Below the pieces are notes generated by a model, which was given only the letters and a program-made list of their open reading frames with translations, ran no database searches and was not told the DNA's origin. Below are positions 1 to 6,635 of a stretch of DNA of 37,403 nt, piece by piece (the stretch's first letter is position 1; each line of letters opens with the position of its first letter). Origin of the DNA: an uncultured Rikenellaceae bacterium (GTDB taxonomy: Bacteria > Bacteroidota > Bacteroidia > Bacteroidales > VadinHA17); the NCBI GenBank assembly GCA_964649335.1, contig CAZYPI010000005.1, positions 1 through 37,403 on the forward strand, read 5' to 3'. The position numbers and the translations under genes were made by a program.

Positions 1-10
1 TCCTTTTGTC

Positions 11-72
11 CCCGACGATTCTCCTGCGTCGAATGTCGGGATTAGCCCTGACGATTCTTTCAGAATGTCAGG
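11..72. repeat. Two tandem REP-like palindromes, CCYGAC(G)ATTC-loop-GAATGTCRGG
   Basis: 11-40 reads CCCGACGATTC-N9-GAATGTCGGG and 47-72 reads CCTGACGATTC-N5-GAATGTCAGG. Both have the same bulged G, and they differ by a compensatory C:G/T:A change. Confidence 0.7.
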
Positions 73-129
73 ACAAGTTCAACCAGCGAATTTTGCTTCG
101 CAAGCTTGCAAAATCCGGGTCTCACTAAC

Positions 130-171
130 TTCTTACTTTTGCTTTTTGCCTTTTGCCTTATTACTTATTTC
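130..171. repeat. Degenerate heptamer tandem repeat (TTTTGCC-like)
   Basis: TTCTTAC TTTTGCT TTTTGCC TTTTGCC TTATTAC TTATTTC. Confidence 0.7.
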
Positions 172-172
172 T

Positions 173-180
173 TATCTTTG
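173..180 (+). promoter_or_regulatory. Bacteroidota sigma-A -7 box for patB-carA
   Basis: TATCTTTG matches TAnnTTTG and lies 24 nt upstream of ATG 205. Confidence 0.65.
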
Positions 181-204
181 CCGCAATAAAATTTACGGCA
201 GGGA

Positions 205-1377
205 ATGCAGGATTTCGGATTTGACAGGATCATAGACCGCCGGGGCACCCATTCGTATAAATACGATGCTCCGGAAAAGGTTTTCGGCACCACGGATGTG
301 CTGCCCGTATGGGTGGCCGATATGGATTTTGCCGTGCCGCCGGCCGTCACCGAAGCCATACGCCGGCGGGCGGAACATCCCGTTTACGGCTATACTTTCC
401 GGCCCGAATCCTACTACGAAAGCATCGTCCGCTGGATAAAAAAACGCCACCGCTGGCATATCGAAAAAGAGTGGATCCAGTTCAGCCCGGGCGTGGTGCC
501 GGCCCTCAACCTGATCGTGCAGGGCTTTACGGAGCCCGGCGACGGGGTGATCCTGCAATCGCCGGTGTATCATCCTTTTTTTTATGCGATCAACCTCAAC
601 CGGCGCACCCTGGTTAACAACCCGCTGGTGCAGCGCGGGGACGGAAGCTACACCATGGATTTCGACGACCTGAAAAAGAAAGCCCGCCAGGCAAAGCTGT
701 TGCTGCTGAGCAGTCCGCACAATCCGGTGGGCCGCTCCTGGAGCGAAGCGGAGCTGAGACAACTGGGGGAGATCTGTATGGAAAACGACCTGCTGATCGT
801 CTCCGACGAGATCCACGGCGACCTGACCCTTCCCGGCCACCGCCACACTCCGCTGGCCTCCCTGTCGGAGGAGATCGCCGCCCGCACCTTCACCTGCATG
901 GCTCCCAGCAAAACCTTCAACCTGGCCGGGCTCAGCACCTCTTCGGTAATCATCCCCGACCCCGAACTCCGGCAGCGGTACGACGACCTTATGGAAAGCC
1001 TCCACATCAAAGGGGGCAACCTCTTCGGCATCACCGCCTCCGAAGCCGCTTATAACCACGGCGAAGAATGGCTGGATGCCATGCTGCAGTATGTACAGGG
1101 AAACGTGGACTATGTCCGTGCCTTTTTGCAGGAACACCTGCCGGAGATCCGGCTCACCCCCATCGAAGCCACCTATCTGCTGTGGCTCGATTTCCGCCAC
1201 ACCGGTTTGAAGAATGAGGAAGTGCACGATTTTCTGGTGCACCGGGCCCGCGTGGGAGGCAACGACGGCGCCATGTACGGCCCCGGCGGCGAAGGGTTCG
1301 AACGGATCAATGTGGCCTGCCCCCGCAGCATCGTCGAAGAAGTATTTACGCGTATTCATCACGCCTTAAAAAAATAA
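205..1377 (+). CDS. patB: PLP-dependent cystathionine beta-lyase / C-S lyase, MalY/PatB family
   Basis: WVADMDF, SPHNPVGR, SDEIHGD and APSKTFNLAGL (PLP lysine) motifs; 390 aa. Confidence 0.9.
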   Translation: MQDFGFDRIIDRRGTHSYKYDAPEKVFGTTDVLPVWVADMDFAVPPAVTEAIRRRAEHPVYGYTFRPESYYESIVRWIKKRHRWHIEKEWIQFSPGVVPALNLIVQGFTEPGDGVILQSPVYHPFFYAINLNRRTLVNNPLVQRGDGSYTMDFDDLKKKARQAKLLLLSSPHNPVGRSWSEAELRQLGEICMENDLLIVSDEIHGDLTLPGHRHTPLASLSEEIAARTFTCMAPSKTFNLAGLSTSSVIIPDPELRQRYDDLMESLHIKGGNLFGITASEAAYNHGEEWLDAMLQYVQGNVDYVRAFLQEHLPEIRLTPIEATYLLWLDFRHTGLKNEEVHDFLVHRARVGGNDGAMYGPGGEGFERINVACPRSIVEEVFTRIHHALKK

Positions 1378-2474
1378 TGTTTATGAACAGCCTCACCGCC
1401 CGCAAAGCCAAGCTGATCCTGGAAGACGGCACCGTGCTCGAAGGAAAATCTTTCGGTTGTGAGAGATCCGTCTCGGGAGAGGTGGTCTTCAACACGGCCA
1501 TGACCGGCTACCCGGAAAGCCTCACCGACCCTTCCTACAAAGGACAGATCCTCGTGCTCACCTATCCGCTGATCGGCAATTACGGGGCTCCTCACGAAGA
1601 GATGGAGAACAACCTGCTGAAATTCCACGAATCCAACCGCATCCATATCCGGGCCCTGGTGGTCTCGGACTACTCTTTTGAGTACAGCCACTGGAACGCC
1701 CGGGGCAGCCTGGCCCAATGGCTCAAAGACAATGAAGTGCCGGGCATCTTCGGCATAGACACCCGCGCCCTGACCAAGAAACTGCGGGAAAAAGGCACTA
1801 TGCTCGGGAAGATCGTCTTCGACGGCGAGGAGGTGGATTTCTATGATCCTTCCAAAGAAAACCTGGTGGCCCAGGTGAGCTGTACGGAGAAACAGGTTTA
1901 CGGCAACGGCAAATATAAGATCCTGCTGGTGGACTGCGGCGTGAAATACAACATCATCCGCTACCTGCTGCAGCGGGACACCACCGTCATCCGCGTGCCC
2001 TGGAATCATCCCGTACATACGGAAGAGTATGACGGGCTGTTCATCTCCAACGGCCCCGGCGACCCGAAGTTGTGCACCGACACCATCGACAACCTCAGCG
2101 CAGCCATCAAAAAAGACACTCCCATCTTCGGCATCTGCCTGGGCAATCAACTGCTCTCGCTGGCCGCCGGCGCCGACACCTACAAGCTGAAATACGGCCA
2201 CCGCAGCCACAACCAGCCGGTGCTGGAAGTGGGCACCGACAAGGCTTACATTACCGCACAAAATCACGGCTATGCCGTGGACAACGACACCCTGCCGGAC
2301 GACTGGAAACCCCTGTTCATCAATATCAACGACGGCACCAACGAGGGGATGAAACACAAAACCAAACCCTTTTTCTCCACCCAGTTCCACCCCGAGGCCT
2401 CCGGCGGCCCCACCGACACGGCATACCTGTTCGACGTCTTCGTGGACACCATCGCACAACACAGCAAAGGTTAA
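1377..2474 (+). CDS. carA: Carbamoyl-phosphate synthase small (glutaminase) subunit
   Basis: GEVVFNTAMTGYPESLTDPSY, SNGPGDP, GICLG (catalytic Cys), QNHGY and QFHPE. TAATG overlap with patB; an alternative ATG lies at 1383. Confidence 0.97.
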   Translation: MFMNSLTARKAKLILEDGTVLEGKSFGCERSVSGEVVFNTAMTGYPESLTDPSYKGQILVLTYPLIGNYGAPHEEMENNLLKFHESNRIHIRALVVSDYSFEYSHWNARGSLAQWLKDNEVPGIFGIDTRALTKKLREKGTMLGKIVFDGEEVDFYDPSKENLVAQVSCTEKQVYGNGKYKILLVDCGVKYNIIRYLLQRDTTVIRVPWNHPVHTEEYDGLFISNGPGDPKLCTDTIDNLSAAIKKDTPIFGICLGNQLLSLAAGADTYKLKYGHRSHNQPVLEVGTDKAYITAQNHGYAVDNDTLPDDWKPLFININDGTNEGMKHKTKPFFSTQFHPEASGGPTDTAYLFDVFVDTIAQHSKG

Positions 2475-2522
2475 ATCTAATGTTCGTTTCTAATTAATTG
2501 ACATTTTATATCTTACAAAATA

Positions 2523-2544
2523 TCTACGTAGACCCCTACGTAGG
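2523..2544. promoter_or_regulatory. Tandem palindromes, candidate transcription-factor operator
   Basis: TCTACGTAGA (2523-2532) and CCTACGTAGG (2535-2544), i.e. CTACGTAG-N4-CTACGTAG. Confidence 0.4.
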
Positions 2545-2569
2545 AAACAGAAGTATCAACAAATCTTCC

Positions 2570-2631
2570 TTTTGTCTTTATCCTTTTGTCTTATATCTTT
2601 TACTTTTGCCTTTTGCCTTAGTACTTTATAC
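2570..2631. repeat. Degenerate heptamer tandem repeat (about 9 units, TTTTGYC-like)
   Basis: TTTTGTC TTTATCC TTTTGTC TTATATC TTTTAC TTTTGCC TTTTGCC TTAGTAC TTTATAC. Shares TTTTGCCTTTTGCCTTAKTACTT with the tract at 144-166. Confidence 0.75.
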
Positions 2632-2639
2632 TTTTCATC

Positions 2640-3230
2640 ATGTCCAAAATACCCTGGAAACCCGGCAACATGCTTTATCCTCTTCCGGCCGTGATGGTCA
2701 GTTGCGGCACCCGGCCGGAGGATTATAACATCATCACGATTGCCTGGACGGGCACCATCAACTCCGATCCGCCGATGGTATCCATTTCGGTAAGGAAGGA
2801 ACGCCATTCATACCACATCATCAAAGAGGCGGGCGAATTTGTCATCAACCTGACCACGCGTGATCTGGCCCGTGCCACCGACTGGTGCGGCGTACGCTCG
2901 GGGCGCGATCATAATAAATTCAGGGAGATGGGTCTGACGCCGGATCTCTCCGGCACCCTGCATACCCCGATGATTGCCGAATCGCCCGTCAGCATCGAAT
3001 GCCGCATTACCCAAACCCTCGAACTGGGCACCCATGACATGTTCCTGGCCGAAGTGGTGGCCATCCATGTGGAAGAACGTTACCTCGATAAAAAATCCGG
3101 GAAATTCGACCTGCGCCAGACCGATCCCATCGCTTATCTCCACGGCAGCTATTACGTGCTGGGAGAAAACCTGGGACGTTTCGGTTTCTCGGTACGGAAA
3201 AAAAGGGGGAAAACAAAACCCGATCTGTAA
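2640..3230 (+). CDS. Flavin reductase-like (flavoredoxin, DIM6/NTAB family) protein
   Basis: YPLPAVMVSCG, NIITIAWTG, CGVRSGRD, ESPVSIEC and GTHDMFLAEV motifs. Confidence 0.9.
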   Translation: MSKIPWKPGNMLYPLPAVMVSCGTRPEDYNIITIAWTGTINSDPPMVSISVRKERHSYHIIKEAGEFVINLTTRDLARATDWCGVRSGRDHNKFREMGLTPDLSGTLHTPMIAESPVSIECRITQTLELGTHDMFLAEVVAIHVEERYLDKKSGKFDLRQTDPIAYLHGSYYVLGENLGRFGFSVRKKRGKTKPDL

Positions 3231-3292
3231 TCCTCCCGGGCAAAATGATAAAACGCAAAGGCCGCCCCGCCCGAAAAACAAAATATTATCAT

Positions 3293-3300
3293 TAAATTTG
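3293..3300 (+). promoter_or_regulatory. -7 promoter box for the TlpA-TlpA-lpxH operon
   Basis: TAAATTTG matches TAnnTTTG. Confidence 0.55.
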
Positions 3301-3389
3301 CCGGACATATATTACCGAATATGGTTTTTATAAAATTCGGTTTACCGGATAAATGGATGACAATAAAAATTTAAATAAACCGGCTAAAG

Positions 3390-4562
3390 ATGAAAATAAA
3401 CAATAAATTATTGATTTTTGTGCTGACCGGGTTGATGGCGGTGTCATGCAGCAACAAAAAATCCTTCCGTATCGAAGGCACCCTGAAAAACGGTGCAGGT
3501 AAGGGCATTGAGGTTCGTATCCTGAAAATGAACAAATGGTTCCCGGCCGACTCGACCGGCATAGACGATAAAGGCCATTATGTCTTATCGGCAGCACTGG
3601 AACAGCCCACCTTCGCCCTGTTGCAAACCAAGAAGAACAATTTTGTTACCCTGGTGGTCCATCCCGGCGATAAGATCACCATCAACGGCAACTATAACAA
3701 TATTTCGGATAACCATACCACTGAGGGGTCGGACGACACACAGCTTTTCGAAGAATACAAAGCGCATCTGAAAGAAAACATAGACCGGTTGGAAGCGCTC
3801 AACAAAATATACAGGGACAGTGCTTCCAGTCCCCGTTTCCGGAAGATCGTCAATGATCTGAACACCCGGTCTGTGGAGATCCTGAAGGAGCAGAAGGATT
3901 ACTCAAAAACCTTTATCCATGATCATCTGAAGTCACTGACCAGCATGCTGATCCTCTATCAGCAGATAAAGCCCGGGAGCTATATTCTGGACCCCATGGA
4001 AGACTTTAAGACGTATAAGCTGGTGGATTCGGCCATGTATGCCCAATATCCCCTGGCCGATCCGGTAATCGCCTTCCACGCCCAGATGAATGAGCTGGAG
4101 AAACGTTATCAGCAGAAGTTGCAGGCGGACCGGTTGCTGGGCATCGGGAAAGTGCCGCCCGACATTGCCCTGCCCTCACCCGACGGCGACACCATCCGGC
4201 TCTCTTCCCTGCGCGGCAAGGTGGTGCTGCTGGATTTCTGGGCTGCCTGGTGCGGCCCCTGCCGCCGCGAGAACCCCAACCTGGTGAAAAACTACAACCG
4301 TTTTCACCGCAAAGGCTTCGATATCTACCAGGTCTCCCTCGACCGTACCAAAGAAGCGTGGGTAAAAGGAATAAAGGATTTCCATCTCGAACAATGGCAT
4401 CACGTCAGCGACCTGGGCTACTGGCAGTCCTCCGTGGTAAAACTTTACCATATCCAGGGCATCCCCACCAACTACCTGCTCGGCAGGGACGGGAAGATCA
4501 TCGCCCGGAACCTGCGCGGTGAGGCCCTGACACAAAAACTGGAAGAAATATTCGGAAAATAA
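3390..4562 (+). CDS. TlpA/ResA-like thiol-disulfide oxidoreductase lipoprotein (DUF4369-like N-terminal domain plus AhpC/TSA domain)
   Basis: Lipobox LMAVSC; LLDFWAAWCGPCRREN; cis-Pro motif GIPT. Confidence 0.9.
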   Translation: MKINNKLLIFVLTGLMAVSCSNKKSFRIEGTLKNGAGKGIEVRILKMNKWFPADSTGIDDKGHYVLSAALEQPTFALLQTKKNNFVTLVVHPGDKITINGNYNNISDNHTTEGSDDTQLFEEYKAHLKENIDRLEALNKIYRDSASSPRFRKIVNDLNTRSVEILKEQKDYSKTFIHDHLKSLTSMLILYQQIKPGSYILDPMEDFKTYKLVDSAMYAQYPLADPVIAFHAQMNELEKRYQQKLQADRLLGIGKVPPDIALPSPDGDTIRLSSLRGKVVLLDFWAAWCGPCRRENPNLVKNYNRFHRKGFDIYQVSLDRTKEAWVKGIKDFHLEQWHHVSDLGYWQSSVVKLYHIQGIPTNYLLGRDGKIIARNLRGEALTQKLEEIFGK

Positions 4563-4576
4563 CGCCGTTCCCAAAA

Positions 4577-5767
4577 ATGAAAAACTCCGGCCATCACCTG
4601 CGAATAAATCCGAGAGCTCCCCTTCTTTTGGGGCTCATCTTCTTTTTTATTTCCTGTCACCGCCATGAGGTAATCATCAGCGGCACCCTGCACGGAGCAG
4701 ACAAACAAATGATATATCTCGACCGGATGGATATCAATGTCACCCAACCGCTCGACTCGGTGCGTACCGGACGCAACGGGAAGTTCCGTTTCCGGGTGCC
4801 GCTGGAAGAACCTTCCTTTCTGTTGTTAAAGCGTTCTGCCGGCAATTTCATCACCCTGCTGGCCGGGCCGGGAGAAAAAATACACGTGGAGGCCGATTCC
4901 CTTTTTCTTCAGGCGGGATACAGGGTCTCCGGCTCGGAGGGATCCCTTCTGGTAAAACAACTGGACGACCACCTCAGGGCCACCGTCCGTAAACTTGATT
5001 CCCTCGCCGCCGTGTACCGGGAGATGAGGGACAAACCCGGTTTCGACACCCTCCGGCCCGGGCTGGAGCAGGCTTACCGTGATCAACTGGCCCAACAACG
5101 GAAATACACCATCGCCTTTATCCTGGATCATATGAATTCACTGGCCTCCATCAAAGCCCTGTATCAGAAAGTGGATGACAACACCTATGTGCTGAACAAT
5201 GTCCGGGATATCCAGTATATGAAGATCGTGGCGGACACCCTGAAAGTGTATTATCCCGGTTCGAAGATGACCCGGGCGCTGGTCGCCGATCTGAACAAAC
5301 AAATGGCCAATTACAACCAACTGCAACTGAACAACCTGCTGAAAAATGCCAAAACCGTCCGGCTCGACCTGGCCCTGCCGGACAGGCAGGGCGATACGGT
5401 ACGTCTTTCTTCCCTCAGGAAGAAAGGCAACTACGTGTTGGTGACCTTCTGGGCCAGCTGGTGCCGGGAGTGCATCAAAGAAAATCTTGCGCTGAAAAGC
5501 CTCTACCGGAAATATCACGGAAAAGGACTGGAGATCTATGCGGTTTCTCTCGACAACAACCGGGATGCCTGGCTCAAACAGGTGCGTTTCGACGAGCTGC
5601 CCTGGATCAATGTCCTCGACCAGGACTATCCGAACTCACAAACCTTCGTAAAGTTCAATGTAAAAAAGCCTCCGGTCAATTACCTTTTCGATCCGGAGGG
5701 CAATGTCATCGCCAGCAACCTGCACGGGCGGAACCTGCAAATCAAACTCAGCCAGTTGTTCGACTAA
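4577..5767 (+). CDS. Second TlpA-like lipoprotein paralogue
   Basis: Lipobox FFISC; LVTFWASWCREC; same domain layout as the upstream gene. Confidence 0.88.
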   Translation: MKNSGHHLRINPRAPLLLGLIFFFISCHRHEVIISGTLHGADKQMIYLDRMDINVTQPLDSVRTGRNGKFRFRVPLEEPSFLLLKRSAGNFITLLAGPGEKIHVEADSLFLQAGYRVSGSEGSLLVKQLDDHLRATVRKLDSLAAVYREMRDKPGFDTLRPGLEQAYRDQLAQQRKYTIAFILDHMNSLASIKALYQKVDDNTYVLNNVRDIQYMKIVADTLKVYYPGSKMTRALVADLNKQMANYNQLQLNNLLKNAKTVRLDLALPDRQGDTVRLSSLRKKGNYVLVTFWASWCRECIKENLALKSLYRKYHGKGLEIYAVSLDNNRDAWLKQVRFDELPWINVLDQDYPNSQTFVKFNVKKPPVNYLFDPEGNVIASNLHGRNLQIKLSQLFD

Positions 5768-5779
5768 AACAGACAGATC

Positions 5780-6523
5780 TTGGAAACAGGCCGGAAAGTA
5801 TATTTTTTCTCCGATCTCCACCTGGGCCTCCCCACAGAGGTGCCGGCAGTGGAACGGGAAAAAAAGGTCATCCGCTGGCTGGATAAGATCCGTGATGATG
5901 CGGCCGAATTGTTCGTGGTCGGGGATATCTTCGATTACTGGTTTGAGTACAAGTATGTCATCCCGAAGGGCTTCACCCGTTTTCTGGGTAAAATGGCGGA
6001 GTTTACCGACCGGGGCATTCCGGTACATTTCTTCACCGGCAACCATGATGTCTGGATGTTTGATTATTTCCCGGAAGAGCTGGGTATCCGTGTCCACAAA
6101 AAACCTTATGTGTACGAAAAAAACGGGAAACGGTTCCTGATCGCCCACGGCGACGGGTTGGGGCCCGGTGACCCGGGATATAAGCTGCTGAAAGGCATCT
6201 TCACCAACAAGACGCTGCAGTGGCTGTACAAACGCCTGCATCCCAATTTCGCCACCTGGCTGGCTCACCGCTGGTCGCGTGCCGACAGGGGGGACGAACC
6301 CTCCGAATTTATGGGGGAAGAGCGGGAAGCCCTGTTCCGGTATGCCCGGGAAATCCTGACCAAAGAATATTTTGACTATTTTATTTTCGGTCACCGTCAC
6401 CTGGCGCTCGACCACCCCCTCGGCGAAAAGTCCCGCATCATCTACCTGGGCGACTGGATCACCCTCTTCTCCTATGCCGTTTTCGACGGGAAAAACCTGC
6501 AAATACAATACTATAAGGACTGA
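5780..6523 (+). CDS. lpxH: UDP-2,3-diacylglucosamine diphosphatase (calcineurin-like metallophosphoesterase)
   Basis: SDLHLG, GDIFD, GNHD, AHGDG and FGHRH motifs; TTG start. Confidence 0.88.
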   Translation: METGRKVYFFSDLHLGLPTEVPAVEREKKVIRWLDKIRDDAAELFVVGDIFDYWFEYKYVIPKGFTRFLGKMAEFTDRGIPVHFFTGNHDVWMFDYFPEELGIRVHKKPYVYEKNGKRFLIAHGDGLGPGDPGYKLLKGIFTNKTLQWLYKRLHPNFATWLAHRWSRADRGDEPSEFMGEEREALFRYAREILTKEYFDYFIFGHRHLALDHPLGEKSRIIYLGDWITLFSYAVFDGKNLQIQYYKD

Positions 6524-6588
6524 AACGATCGCGCATCTCTCGTTGCGGTCTTTTTATCATCGCAATAAGTCCAGCACTGTCCATCAGA

Positions 6589-6620
6589 TAAAAAAAGGCC
6601 CCTGAGCGGGGCCTCTTTCT
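6589..6620 (-). terminator. Intrinsic terminator between convergent lpxH and hppA (likely bidirectional)
   Basis: A-tract followed by AGGCCCC-TGAGC-GGGGCCT and CTTTCT. Confidence 0.75.
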
Positions 6621-6635
6621 TCTATCCGTGTAAAG

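Noticed and set aside
1-120. Possible CRISPR array in the repeated hairpins
   Set aside because: There are only two non-identical units 6 nt apart, no 30-40 nt spacers, and no cas genes.
193-2462. Long antisense ORFs (193-1362, 1359-2462) and similar ones opposite glnA/OmpA, pnp, sucC and thrA
   Set aside because: They mirror well-supported genes and have no recognisable motifs. They are shadow frames expected from GC-rich third codon positions.
2498-2807. Small ORFs 2498-2728 (+) and 2556-2807 (-)
   Set aside because: They are low-complexity translations of the heptamer tract and overlap the flavin reductase gene.
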